A DNA stretch of 64,000 nt, taken from NCBI GenBank assembly GCA_963797095.1, contig CAWCNY010000001.1, positions 512,001 to 576,000 on the forward strand, written 5' to 3'. The DNA comes from an uncultured Chloroflexia bacterium. GTDB lineage: Bacteria; Chloroflexota; Chloroflexia; QHBQ01; JADMIH01. This document shows, piece by piece, positions 50,386 to 60,815 of this stretch (positions are counted from its first letter, which is position 1; each line of letters starts with the position of its first letter). The position numbers were made by a program, and so were the translations under genes. The notes below the pieces were generated by a model. It saw only the letters and a list, made by a program, of their open reading frames with translations. It was not told the DNA's origin and did not search any database.

Positions 50386-51928
50386 CCAGATGCGAGCAGA
50401 TCTGCTCTTGGAGCGCCAAAAGAGTTGGGATCTTCTACGCTTCCCCACGCGCGCCCCAGCCGCTTCGGTACTCTCTGTGCGGCTGGCTTGGCCAGTCTAC
50501 GGGTGGCGGGTAATAGCTCCACGGCCCGCGGATGAGAATACTAACGCTATTGAACGGGCAGTTCTTCGTCTGTGCTCAATAGGCAGCAGTAATCCAGGTG
50601 AAGCGGGCATATTGCTCGGTATACCGGCAGCGCTTGTCAGGACGGTTCAGCGCTCATTAATAGACCGTAAATACCTGAATGAGAGACTGGAGGTCCAGGA
50701 AATAGGCAAAGCTATTCTGGTTGGCAACGAGCCAGATGAGGTTGACACCAACTCCGAAGAACTAGGCTGGATCTTCCGAGACGCACTCAGCGGTGACGTG
50801 CTGCCGATGTTTGTTCGTGGTTCTCTACCCCTCGCCCCTGCTGCTGCGGCTAAAGAAGTGTACTTGCTTCCATATGGGGACGAGTTCAGCACAAGACCTT
50901 CGAGCCTTTCAATTTTGACTGGGCTCCGTTTGTATGGGCGAGTCTCCAGGTTTGAATCTGAAACTACAGATAGTTCGGGGCTCAGCGCCAATTCCTTTGA
51001 TCCTGAGCAATTGAGGTTCATGGAGTGGGGAAATGTAGCAGATGTTGGGGGGACGGTTAGCGCCGAGTCGGCGCTGAGCCCGGATTTTGTCCGGGTCCTG
51101 AACTCCAAAGCGGAGGCTCTCGATCTGGAAACTCCACTTTACATTACCGGCGACGATTTCAACGATTGGCACATACGATCCCCCTTCGGTACTGCCGGAG
51201 GCTGGTGGTTTAAGAAGAAACTCGAATGGGGCATTGCACATAGCCCTGTCTTGGAGTACCAGATAGAGAGCTGGCTTAAATCGGCAAGGGATACTATTCT
51301 GGCCCGATATCCTGAGTTCCCTATCGCCGGGGACGAAAGTCGGATCCTAATGGCGCTCTTCCCCACCTTGGTCGGCAACCCGCGTTTTGATCATGTGAAT
51401 CGAGAGCTCGCTGGGGCCCTCCGATCTGAGAGCCTCTTCCGGGTGGATAACAACAACCTGGACGTCGTCCTCAATCGATATCAGAAGGCCCTGGAGGCCC
51501 TGTTGACATTGTGCATCGAAGCAGTCCCAGCGAGGGAAGATCTGGCACGAAAGATAGGCTCTCAGGACTTTGCTAACAAGGCCCAAGTTATGGCACAAGC
51601 CCTCTCTGTTCATATGCCTGCATCGTTCTCTCGCGCTTCGAACGGCCACAAAATGGTAGCAGTAGCCCGCTATGGTGGGGCTGCTCTGCGGGATCGTGCA
51701 CTATTCCTTCTGGGACATGCCTACTACGAGAGCGGCTCACCTTTCCGGTCTGTATTGATTGATCAGCCTGATTTGCTCGTGTTACTTGATGAAGTCGCCG
51801 AGCGGCGTAACCGCCAGGGGGCGCACTTCTCCGACTCAATCTCTTCGGAGGAACCCGAAGATATCTTCAACGCCGTGCGCGATGCGTCCCACCGCATCAT
51901 ACATGCAATCACCAAGCACTATAGTTAG
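50339..51928 (+). CDS. Putative effector: N-terminal wHTH-like domain, C-terminal HEPN-like RNase (CnuE-like)
   Basis: IERAVLRL..LLGIPAALVRTVQRSL (wHTH-like); C-terminal ERRNRQGAH fits the HEPN Rx4-6H motif. Lies between the helicase and McrB. Confidence 0.6.
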   Translation: MSCASARRVGMSSGTNQMRADLLLERQKSWDLLRFPTRAPAASVLSVRLAWPVYGWRVIAPRPADENTNAIERAVLRLCSIGSSNPGEAGILLGIPAALVRTVQRSLIDRKYLNERLEVQEIGKAILVGNEPDEVDTNSEELGWIFRDALSGDVLPMFVRGSLPLAPAAAAKEVYLLPYGDEFSTRPSSLSILTGLRLYGRVSRFESETTDSSGLSANSFDPEQLRFMEWGNVADVGGTVSAESALSPDFVRVLNSKAEALDLETPLYITGDDFNDWHIRSPFGTAGGWWFKKKLEWGIAHSPVLEYQIESWLKSARDTILARYPEFPIAGDESRILMALFPTLVGNPRFDHVNRELAGALRSESLFRVDNNNLDVVLNRYQKALEALLTLCIEAVPAREDLARKIGSQDFANKAQVMAQALSVHMPASFSRASNGHKMVAVARYGGAALRDRALFLLGHAYYESGSPFRSVLIDQPDLLVLLDEVAERRNRQGAHFSDSISSEEPEDIFNAVRDASHRIIHAITKHYS

Positions 51929-51936
51929 GAGGATCT

Positions 51937-54117
51937 GTGGCTTCCAAGAATCGTAGAGCACAGAACAGGGGACCGCTTCAGCGGAATGCCTCACCAGCGG
52001 TCCGACAAAGTCCGTCCCAGGTGCAGACGCGCCCTTCTCAAGCGCCGCCCATGCCAGCAACTCCAGCTGCCGAAAAAGCTGTGCATGCGGTCTCAAGTGC
52101 CGACGAAATCAGGCGAGCGGTCGAGGAGAAAATTCGCGGGGAACTTACAGAGGCGATTCAGAAAGATGAAACCGCTATCCGTGCTGACTACCGCCAGCGC
52201 GAGGAAGCCCAGCTACTGGCCCAAATCGAAAAGGCGGAGGCAGATGCTGAAGCAATTAGGGCTGAGGCCCAGAGTGCTGCAGACGACATTGTAGCTTCCG
52301 CACATGCTGACGCTGAAAGTGTGCGGAATGCAGCCAGAACGGAAGCGTCCGAGGAACTATCGAAGCAGCGGCAGGGTCTTGAAGAGATAGAGCACCAGTT
52401 GCGCTCACTGGAGATCGAACTTCAGAAGCGATCGAAATCGCTACGCCGTCAGGAGGAAGACATTGCACTGGAGCTGGAAGAGATTACAGGGGAAAAGGCA
52501 CGGCTAAAGGGGCGTTGGGAGCAGTGCTCACCCGGGCGAGTTCGCGAGTTGGAGAACGAACTGAACTTGCTGGCGCAGTATCGAGAAGCCGATGCGCTGA
52601 TCGCGGACAAGCTCCGCGAGGAGAATGCGCAATTGCGGGCACAAATCGGGGCAAGTGGTGGTCGAAGCGCCGACAATCTCCTCGGGGAACTGGAGTCTGA
52701 GCGAGAACAGACGAGATACCTGCGGGACCAGTTAGCCAATTACCCACGCCTTGAGGTTATTGAGGTTCTGAGATCTGATGCAGAGTCGCTCGTAAAGCTT
52801 CGTGAGGAGTACGCAACGCTCAGGTCCAAACTCACGGAGGTGGAGGGACGAGCGGCCCGGTTGGAGATAGGAAATCGGGAGGTTGAGCAGACCAGAGTTC
52901 AGGCCGAGGCTCTACGCGCCCTGAACAACGAACTTAGAAAAGAGTTGCAGCAGTTCAAAGAAACGCTTGAGGGGCGCTCCGGTGAGCGGTTCCCGGAGCT
53001 TGTACGGATTGATAGTCGACAGAGACAAAGCGAGGCACCCCTGCTTCAGAATAAGCTGATAAGATTTCAAGCACTTGCCGACCACGTGTGTGACTATGCC
53101 GCCAGCCGGACTCCGGCTTTGTACTACTCGCGGACTGCAATACGCGCTTTCATCGCAGGATTGGCGTCGTCACGCTTGAGCATACTGCAGGGACTCAGTG
53201 GGACGGGCAAGACCAGCCTCCCGCGAGTGTTTGCTGACGCCATAGCTGGCCGCTATGTATCGATCCCTGTCCAGTCTGGTTGGAGGGATCGACACGAACT
53301 GCTCGGCTACAACAACGATTTCAGTAAGCGCTTCAGCGAGAGTGAGTTCACCAAAGCGGTTTACCAGGCGGGGCTTCCCGAGAACCGTGAGACCTTATGG
53401 TTCTTGGTGCTCGATGAGATGAATTTGGCTCGTATTGAATATTACTTCGCCGATTTCCTTTCTGTACTGGAGGAGCCTAAGCACGAGAACTGGTACGTCC
53501 CTCTTATGAGCTATGACCCAAGGAATGGATCGGACAGTGGGCCTCAGTATTTGCAGGATGGCTACAAGCTAAGGGTGCCCGAAAATCTCTGGTTTGTCGG
53601 AACAGCAAACCAGGATGAATCGACATTCGAGATCACTGACAAGGTATATGATCGGGCTCAGGTGATCACGTTCAGGAGAAGGCAGGAGGAGTTCCAGGTT
53701 GATCAACCGCTGGAGGTCGCTCCGGTCTCGCTCCATGCGCTTGAGCGCAGCTTCAAGAAAGCTGTTGAACAGGGTAAAGGACGGCTCATCGACGACGACT
53801 GGGCGTTTGTCGAGAGAGTAGACAATTTCCTACAGGAGCATTGCGGTATAACTTTCGGGAACAGGATAAAAGCGCAATTGGAGAGGTTTGTGCCCGTATT
53901 CGTTGAGTGTGGGGGGCTGAAGTCGGAGGCCGTCGATTTCCAACTTGTACAGAAGGTTCTAAGAAAAGTCGAAAACCTGCATGATCCCGCGATCAGCACT
54001 GCGCTAAAGGACTTGAGAGACTTGCTTACCAACGATAAGCCTTCCGGATGGGGGCCACTGAACCTTAGCCAAGAGCTTATAGAGCGCCAAGTAGCACATG
54101 CGAGTGTCCTGCGGTAA
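51937..54117 (+). CDS. Coiled-coil McrB-like GTPase (CnuB-like, NxD motif)
   Basis: About 300-aa E/R/L/A-rich coiled coil, GLSGTGKTSLP, LDEMNLARIEYYF, GTANQDES, ITDKVYDRA. Confidence 0.88.
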   Translation: MASKNRRAQNRGPLQRNASPAVRQSPSQVQTRPSQAPPMPATPAAEKAVHAVSSADEIRRAVEEKIRGELTEAIQKDETAIRADYRQREEAQLLAQIEKAEADAEAIRAEAQSAADDIVASAHADAESVRNAARTEASEELSKQRQGLEEIEHQLRSLEIELQKRSKSLRRQEEDIALELEEITGEKARLKGRWEQCSPGRVRELENELNLLAQYREADALIADKLREENAQLRAQIGASGGRSADNLLGELESEREQTRYLRDQLANYPRLEVIEVLRSDAESLVKLREEYATLRSKLTEVEGRAARLEIGNREVEQTRVQAEALRALNNELRKELQQFKETLEGRSGERFPELVRIDSRQRQSEAPLLQNKLIRFQALADHVCDYAASRTPALYYSRTAIRAFIAGLASSRLSILQGLSGTGKTSLPRVFADAIAGRYVSIPVQSGWRDRHELLGYNNDFSKRFSESEFTKAVYQAGLPENRETLWFLVLDEMNLARIEYYFADFLSVLEEPKHENWYVPLMSYDPRNGSDSGPQYLQDGYKLRVPENLWFVGTANQDESTFEITDKVYDRAQVITFRRRQEEFQVDQPLEVAPVSLHALERSFKKAVEQGKGRLIDDDWAFVERVDNFLQEHCGITFGNRIKAQLERFVPVFVECGGLKSEAVDFQLVQKVLRKVENLHDPAISTALKDLRDLLTNDKPSGWGPLNLSQELIERQVAHASVLR

Positions 54118-56528
54118 TGTCTGTCTTCTTCCGAGATGGACTTGGTAAGAGTGAGTGGGCCGAAGTCGACCCAGGAACTCATCATGTGATCTCGCCGGTT
54201 GGTGCTTTTCTGATGATTCGTGCTGCGGCGGGACCTTCCAATCGGGGTGTCGTTCTACTGAACGGGCACGCGGTGGAGTGTGATCCCGGCGCGGAAAGCT
54301 GCGTGGTTCCCTTTGTTCCGAATGATCAGGGCATTTGCGTACTTACACTTGTTGATGAGGACGGTGTCCGACCGAGATATGAATTCGTAGCGAACGCGGC
54401 TCTGGAACCCGACACTCGCCTCAAAGCAAAGCTTCAAGATTTCAGGCGCCGCCTGAGAGATATTTCTGACGGGAACGTCATAAGGGCTGGCCAACTCTAT
54501 GGCGCGATAGCCAATATGTCGCTGCCTCTGCTCGCTGTTCAGGAAACCTTTACAGCAGCAGATGAGGACTGGCTGCTTGACGAGATCGAAGCAGCCATAC
54601 CTTTCTTACTCCGCGCGTGCGACAAACCCCGTACACACCTACGAACTGAGGAGGCCGTGCGTCCAATCGAGGTTGTGACTAGATCCGGTCCGGCTGCTCT
54701 CAGGCATTTGGCCTCTCATAGCGAGCATTGGGAAGCCCGTACCGTCGGTGGACTGAGACCCGTTCGTCTCCTGGCTCAGATTACAGAGGATGATCTCAGC
54801 CTCTATGAGAACCGGTTTGTCAAAACCCTCATTGATCGGCTGGTCAGGCACGTTCTGGGATCGCGCCGTGAGGTAGAACGGGCACTGGGCCAGGCGGAAA
54901 ACGCCCTCGATTGGGACCATCTGGCAAGCCAGTTCTCTGATTACCGTAGACTCGAGATGCTCACGACACTCTTCCCAACTTTCGGTTCCGCGAGCATACA
55001 ATCACAGAAATCTGTCTTCCAAGAGACCAAGCATAGAATTGTAAGGATACAACGCATTCTTACTTCCTGTGTGGCATCGCGCTTCTACCAGGCGCTTAGG
55101 CATTGTGAGCCAGTCTCCTCACCTATACGGCCCACAAATATCCTTACGATGGACCCAGCCTATAAATGGCTCTTCCACCTTTGGCTAGAGCTGGATAGGG
55201 ATGATCACCATATTGAAGAGGCTGTGGACGGATCACTACCAGCAGATACAGAAGGAGCGTACCGCTCCTTCTGCCAGGTCATGCTGCTTCAGGCGCTGAA
55301 GTCCTCTCGCTTTGCACCGCTGGCGGGAGATCTTGAGCAAGTAGGTGTTCTGAATGATGACGGCAGCTTTCAAATTACCGGCCGGTTCGTTAGGGACAAC
55401 TGGTCGGCGAACCTGTCAATGCTCGAAGCGCGGCACACCAGGGAAGTTATCCGGCTGACACTGGACCAGCAACTAGATGAAGAGTTCGACCTGCCCGCAG
55501 ATATCGACGTGCCCCCGACTATACCCGCAGATCTTGAGCATATAGTTGGTCTAATTGGGCGAAAGCTCGTTTTCCGGGACAAGCCTACGAATGCGGAAAA
55601 GTTGCACCTATCGAGGCTGTTTCATTCAGATGCGGCGACGGCCAAGCGGAAAGGGTATGTAAATGCGGGGGCCCTCCAGAGGACCCACAATGTCTGGGCC
55701 TCCTTCGTCGACAGCGTTGTGGCACGTCTGCCGAAGAAGACGTCTCTGCGGATCTTGCTGGTACCTGTGTTCAGCGAACTAGGTGTGGATGTAGCGGATA
55801 TACGAGCCAACACCAAGATGCTGCTGAACGCTGCCTCACACAGTAACCAGACCTACGGGGCGACGAGTACTCTGATTCTGATCCCCAGTGCCCCACGTGA
55901 GTTACCGGACTCCACACCGGCGGATGTGGCTCGAAGACTCTGCAATCTGGGCGATTGTTTCACGGAAGAGGACTCCAGGTTATGGGGAAACCGGGTTGCT
56001 GGTCTTCTCTCGATCTCGCCCTGGCAGTTGAATTCCCTCCTACGTCTTACCAGAACCGTAAAGTCCCACATGCTCAGGGTGCATATCGAGAATGCAGTAC
56101 GACTTAAGCGCCGCTCCCTTTTGGAGGCGTGTCCCGTATGCGAGGGCTACCGACTACGCATGGAAGAGCCCAAGTGGCAGAAGTGCCTTGAGTGTGGCTC
56201 GGAGTGGGGGGTCACTAGATGTCCATCCCCCGATTGTGCTCATGAATTCGCCTGGTTGCGCACAGGACAGTATCGAGCGCCACAAATGCAACTGGAGGAG
56301 TCGGCTTACGGACGTGTTATTGAGGCGCTTGAAACCGCCGCCGGGGAGAGTGCTGTCACTGCATATTGTGAATCTCGTCTCGATGGCCGGGCGGTGGCAC
56401 CCATTTGCCCAAAGTGCGGGCGGTGTCCGCGAAGCAAAGACTCGGGCAATTCGTGCTTGCGTTGTGTCCACCGAGAAATGCCTTCGAAAGCACAGGTGGC
56501 TCATAGTCCAGCCTCACAAGCGGGCTAA
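54117..56528 (+). CDS. McrC-like DUF2357 protein with C-terminal Zn ribbons (CnuC-like)
   Basis: LRHLASHSEHW, LYENRFVKTLIDRL, PTNIL.MDPAYK; C-terminal CPVC/CLEC/CPSPDC/CPKC/CLRC. TAATG overlap with the upstream gene. Confidence 0.8.
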   Translation: MSVFFRDGLGKSEWAEVDPGTHHVISPVGAFLMIRAAAGPSNRGVVLLNGHAVECDPGAESCVVPFVPNDQGICVLTLVDEDGVRPRYEFVANAALEPDTRLKAKLQDFRRRLRDISDGNVIRAGQLYGAIANMSLPLLAVQETFTAADEDWLLDEIEAAIPFLLRACDKPRTHLRTEEAVRPIEVVTRSGPAALRHLASHSEHWEARTVGGLRPVRLLAQITEDDLSLYENRFVKTLIDRLVRHVLGSRREVERALGQAENALDWDHLASQFSDYRRLEMLTTLFPTFGSASIQSQKSVFQETKHRIVRIQRILTSCVASRFYQALRHCEPVSSPIRPTNILTMDPAYKWLFHLWLELDRDDHHIEEAVDGSLPADTEGAYRSFCQVMLLQALKSSRFAPLAGDLEQVGVLNDDGSFQITGRFVRDNWSANLSMLEARHTREVIRLTLDQQLDEEFDLPADIDVPPTIPADLEHIVGLIGRKLVFRDKPTNAEKLHLSRLFHSDAATAKRKGYVNAGALQRTHNVWASFVDSVVARLPKKTSLRILLVPVFSELGVDVADIRANTKMLLNAASHSNQTYGATSTLILIPSAPRELPDSTPADVARRLCNLGDCFTEEDSRLWGNRVAGLLSISPWQLNSLLRLTRTVKSHMLRVHIENAVRLKRRSLLEACPVCEGYRLRMEEPKWQKCLECGSEWGVTRCPSPDCAHEFAWLRTGQYRAPQMQLEESAYGRVIEALETAAGESAVTAYCESRLDGRAVAPICPKCGRCPRSKDSGNSCLRCVHREMPSKAQVAHSPASQAG

Positions 56529-57065
56529 GAGCGTCTTTCAAAACCGAGTCATTGCTGTAGAATCAGAATATGGCCAGACCGGTACTCAGTCGCATCACCT
56601 ACCGGTCGCCTTTCAGAGGATAGTATAAAGCGGTCCGGCCCGGTTGAAGTAATACGACGCACCAGTGCTGCATCAATTATTGCAGATCGGTACGAAATAC
56701 CATATGTCGGAGAGCAGTAAAAAGCCGGGGGATCACGTCAGGATAGACGTTCTCAGGGCTTCGGTAGCGTGCTGCTATCTGAACGAGTGTACTTGTAATA
56801 CGTATTGCGCGAGATGCCTACGATCTCACAAATCTCGCGGATGCTGTAACTCCCATCCTTCTTTAGTGCAAGCGCGGCTTTCTGCTTCTTCTGGTCTCCT
56901 CCCTTGTTTCTGCTAATGTAAAAGGGAGCCATTCGATGAAATCTTGACAGTCAAAAAGGGAGCCACTTAGCTCTCTCTTTGCTATCGTTGGGACAAGGCA
57001 AAGATGTTGCCTTTCGGTTACTCGGCTAGACCGTTAGACCGCAAACGATACGATAGCAAAGAGAG

Positions 57066-58760
57066 GTGGAGATGATTACCGTGGAACAACACGAAGCCAT
57101 CCGCCGCGCCTTCTACCTCGAACACAAGAGTGTCAGGCAGATCGCACGAGAACAAAGGCACTCCCGCAAGACTGTTGACAAAGCCATTGCCCAAGCCCAA
57201 GCCCAGGCTCAGGACCCATCCCAGTCCCAATTCTACCAACCGTACCCTTACCCAACTTACCGGCGCACCAAACCTAGACCCGCTCCGGTGTTCGGCTCTT
57301 TCCAGACCCGTGTCGACGAACTCCTACAGCAAAACGACCGTCTCCCACGCAAACAACGCTACACCGCTCGCAAGATCTTTGAACTTTTGGTCAAGGAAGG
57401 CTACCAGGGTAGCGAGTCTCGCGTGCGATTGCACGTGAGCAGATATCGCAAAGCCCATCACGCACCACCCCTGTTCATACCACTAGAGTTCGAGCCTGGG
57501 AAGGACGCCCAGGTTGACTGGGGTGAAGCTGTTGCCGTCATCGGTGGCGAGCGCCAAACCGTGCAGTTGTTCATCATGCGTCTGAACTACTCAAGGCGAT
57601 CCTTCGTGATGGCCTACCCCTCGCAGAAACAAGAAGCCTTCTTTGCCGGTCATGTGGCAGCTTTCCAGCACTTTGGTGGAGTTCCCCAACGTATCAGCTA
57701 CGACAACCTGGCCTCGGCGGTGGATCCGGTTGCCTCTTTCAGCTCGGTGCGCCTCCTGATCGAAGGACGAGTACGACGAGAGCAGAGAGCATTCGTAGCC
57801 TTTCGTAGTCATTACCTGTTCGAGAGCCACTTCTGCACGCCTGGACAAGGGCATGAGAAGGGAGGTGTTGAACACAGCGTAGGGTTTAGCCGCCGCAACT
57901 TCCTGGTACCTATCCCAGATGTGGCCTCATTTGAAGCATTGAACATCTTTCTTCTGAGCGAGTGCCTGCGAGATGATCAGCGCCGGGTTGCGCGCCAACC
58001 CACCACCATCAAAGAAGCCTGGGAGCAGGAGCTACCTCATCTGCGTCCTCTACCTTCCTACCAATATGAATGTTGCGTGACGAGCACGGCACATCTCACT
58101 CCATACAGCCAGGTGATCTTTGAGACCAATCGCTACTCGGTGCCCGTCGAGAGAGCAAGGCGAGAAGTGATCGTCAAGGCTTACCCTTTCCATGTGGACA
58201 TATTCGACCCCAATCCCAACCCCAATCCCAACGATGGCCAGCCACGTAATCAATCGCATGACCAGCCCGGCCGCTCCGGCCTACCAGGATTGCTTGCCCG
58301 TCATCCCCGCTGCTACGAGCGAGAGCAGGATATCTTCGAGCCACTGCATTACCTGCCTTTGCTCGCTCAGCGGCCAGGGGCATTCGATTATGCCAAACCA
58401 TTGCGCCGGTGGCGAGCCAAATGGCCACCTACATATGAGAAGGCGTTGGAACTGTTACGGGAGAAGTGGCCGGAAGGCAGAGGAGTGAAGGAGTTTGTCC
58501 GCATCTTGCAACTTCATCAGGATTATCCCGCTGTGCTTGTGGAGCGAGCAGTTGGGCAGGCTCTTTCGTATGGGTGTGTTCATTTTGATGGAGTTACCCA
58601 TTGTTTGAGGCAACTCACCACGCCTGAAACAGAGCTGACCATGCTTGCAGGTCTTGATCTGGTAGGGCTGGCCGATCACCCACACCTGCAAGCCATTGGC
58701 AAAATCGGCAGCCAGCCCATCGACTTACGTCGTTATGAGCAACTGCTTCAAGGAGGATGA
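57066..58760 (+). CDS. istA: IS21 transposase
   Basis: N-terminal HTH, AQVDWG, YDNL, EKGGVE, NRYSVP. Confidence 0.95.
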   Translation: MEMITVEQHEAIRRAFYLEHKSVRQIAREQRHSRKTVDKAIAQAQAQAQDPSQSQFYQPYPYPTYRRTKPRPAPVFGSFQTRVDELLQQNDRLPRKQRYTARKIFELLVKEGYQGSESRVRLHVSRYRKAHHAPPLFIPLEFEPGKDAQVDWGEAVAVIGGERQTVQLFIMRLNYSRRSFVMAYPSQKQEAFFAGHVAAFQHFGGVPQRISYDNLASAVDPVASFSSVRLLIEGRVRREQRAFVAFRSHYLFESHFCTPGQGHEKGGVEHSVGFSRRNFLVPIPDVASFEALNIFLLSECLRDDQRRVARQPTTIKEAWEQELPHLRPLPSYQYECCVTSTAHLTPYSQVIFETNRYSVPVERARREVIVKAYPFHVDIFDPNPNPNPNDGQPRNQSHDQPGRSGLPGLLARHPRCYEREQDIFEPLHYLPLLAQRPGAFDYAKPLRRWRAKWPPTYEKALELLREKWPEGRGVKEFVRILQLHQDYPAVLVERAVGQALSYGCVHFDGVTHCLRQLTTPETELTMLAGLDLVGLADHPHLQAIGKIGSQPIDLRRYEQLLQGG

Positions 58761-59838
58761 ATTGGAGAAAGAGAGGGAGAGAACGGAGAGGACGCAGACC
58801 GTGAACACGGCGAATACGAACACGGTAAAGCCAGCAAGGGCAGCAAGGGCGACAGAACATCACATGTTGCTGGAAAGCTATCTACGCCAGTTACGATTGC
58901 CCAGCTTCGTGCAACACTACCAGAAGTTGGCTCAAGATGCCGCACAGACCAACCTCAGCTATGAACGTTTTCTGTTAGCTCTGGCTGAAGGAGAGGTAGG
59001 CCAACGAGAAGTGCATCGAGTGGAACGCTCTATCGCCTCCGCCAAATTCCCGGTGCTCAAAGAGCTTGCTGACTTCGATTTCAGTGTCGTGCAGGGTTTA
59101 GCCAAGACGAGGGTACTTGAACTGGCTCAGGGTGGGTACATTCAGAGGGCAGAGCCGATCCTTTTGGTTGGCAATCCAGGGCTTGGCAAGACCCATATTG
59201 CCACAAGTCTTGCCCTTGCGGCTTGCCGTCAGGGCCATCATGTGCGCTTCTACAACGTAGCAGGCTTAATCAATGATATGATCCAGGCACAACAGGAGCT
59301 GCGATTGTCCCGTTTCATGACACAGATGTGCAAGCAGCAGGTGATTGTGCTGGACGAGCTAGGCTTCATACCATTTACAGCGGCGGGTGCGCAGTTGCTC
59401 TTCCAGTTCTGTTCGACCCTTTACGAGAGAGTGGCAATCATCATAACTACGAACCTGCGATTTGGAGATTGGAACAGTGTGTTAGGAGATGAGCGAATGA
59501 CGGCTGCACTTTTGGACCGGCTCACGCACAAAGCACACATTCTGGAGTTTGTTGGAGAGTCGTTTCGTTTTCGCCAGCGTCTTCAACAGCAACAGGTGCA
59601 GGGGCAGGGGCAGGGGCGAAGTGAAAGAACAGGTGATGGTGCGAACGGGAATTTCGGGTACGGTTCTATTCAGAGTCTGGAGAGCCGAGAGATGGAAGGA
59701 GGGGAGGAAGACGAGGGGGCAGAAGCGGGGGAGATCGGGGAGAGCGGGGAGAGCGGGGAGATTGGGGAGATCGGGGAGAGCGGGGAGACAGAGGAAGCAG
59801 AACCGGCGCAAATGGCAAGCATCGCTGATCGGCCTTAG
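58757..59838 (+). CDS. istB: IS21 helper AAA+ ATPase with a low-complexity acidic tail
   Basis: GNPGLGKTH, LDELGF, TTNLRF, ALLDRLTH, GESFR. The start codon is uncertain. Confidence 0.93.
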
Positions 59839-59879
59839 TTTTTTCGCAAAATTGACCTCAAAATGGCCGAAATTAAGTC

Positions 59880-60203
59880 ATGACCTCTAACTCCAGCTCT
59901 AACCCAAGCGCACTCCCAGCTAGCGAACCTGCCGTCGAACCGCCCTCGAAGGTGGTAACGACCTGCCGGGGCTACACACGAACCCTCCACGCTCAACTCG
60001 TTTCGTTCCGTTGCGAGTGGTGCAGCGAGGAGCGAGAGGTGTGGCAGTATCCAGGGGCAGCTCCGCGTTACTGCGATGGTTGCCGAAGGGAAGCCCAAAG
60101 GGCGATGAACACGGCGCGCCAGCGGGAGAAGCGCAAGCGAGACACTAGCCCCTACGGATGGCGACCACGGGTAGGACGGCCTCGCAAGCCTTGGAATCGG
60201 TGA
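59880..60203 (+). CDS. Small basic Zn-finger-like protein (IS21 passenger)
   Basis: CEWC...CDGC followed by an Arg/Lys-rich helix and a GRPRK AT-hook-like tail. Confidence 0.6.
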   Translation: MTSNSSSNPSALPASEPAVEPPSKVVTTCRGYTRTLHAQLVSFRCEWCSEEREVWQYPGAAPRYCDGCRREAQRAMNTARQREKRKRDTSPYGWRPRVGRPRKPWNR

Positions 60204-60305
60204 ACTGAGCGTATCCTAATTGGCACACCGAGCCTTATTGCGTCTGGGTAAATGAGCAGGATGGTCCCTGTGCCTACTCTTCCGATGCCAAATGGCTATA
60301 ACCAT

Positions 60306-60815
60306 TCACTGTGATATCTCTAGCTTCAATATCACCGGATCCGAGGGATCGCCGTCTATGTGGGCATACCAAATCTTGACTTGTAGCCCCTCTTTCATTG
60401 GCCCCCCAAGTGTACTTACATGGTGAAAGCCAAGGCTCTCGCTGTATTCGGAGTAACTAAACTGGACCCCTTGCACCCTAAAGCTCTCGGCCTTGCCACT
60501 GGCCGTACTGGTTAGGTCTATTACTTGCCCCTCAGCAACCTGTGCCTGATTAGTGGCGAGCAAATCGCTGCCAGTATGATATGCGGAAAGCGTCGACGCA
60601 AAGAGGAAGATCGCAACGCACAAACCAGCACAGATCAGGGTTACAGATCCAGATATCCTTATGGCACTAGGTACCTTGGGTATGCGGCTGCGATTGACCA
60701 ATATTCCAACACCGACGAACGCAACCGCCAGAGGGATTATTACAACCCACCATGCAAACGATTGTTGCGAAGCGTCAAAGACCGTTCGATAAGCCACGAC
60801 CGTGCTGCGGTCCAT
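60306..60815 (-). CDS. Membrane protein with two TM helices and a soluble domain (IS21 passenger)
   Basis: Two hydrophobic segments followed by a beta-rich region. Confidence 0.65.
   Translation of the reverse strand: MDRSTVVAYRTVFDASQQSFAWWVVIIPLAVAFVGVGILVNRSRIPKVPSAIRISGSVTLICAGLCVAIFLFASTLSAYHTGSDLLATNQAQVAEGQVIDLTSTASGKAESFRVQGVQFSYSEYSESLGFHHVSTLGGPMKEGLQVKIWYAHIDGDPSDPVILKLEISQ

Noticed and set aside
59725-59790. G-rich 9-bp repeats as a G-quadruplex regulatory element
   Set aside because: They are adequately explained as an in-frame coding expansion in the IstB tail; there is no independent evidence of function.
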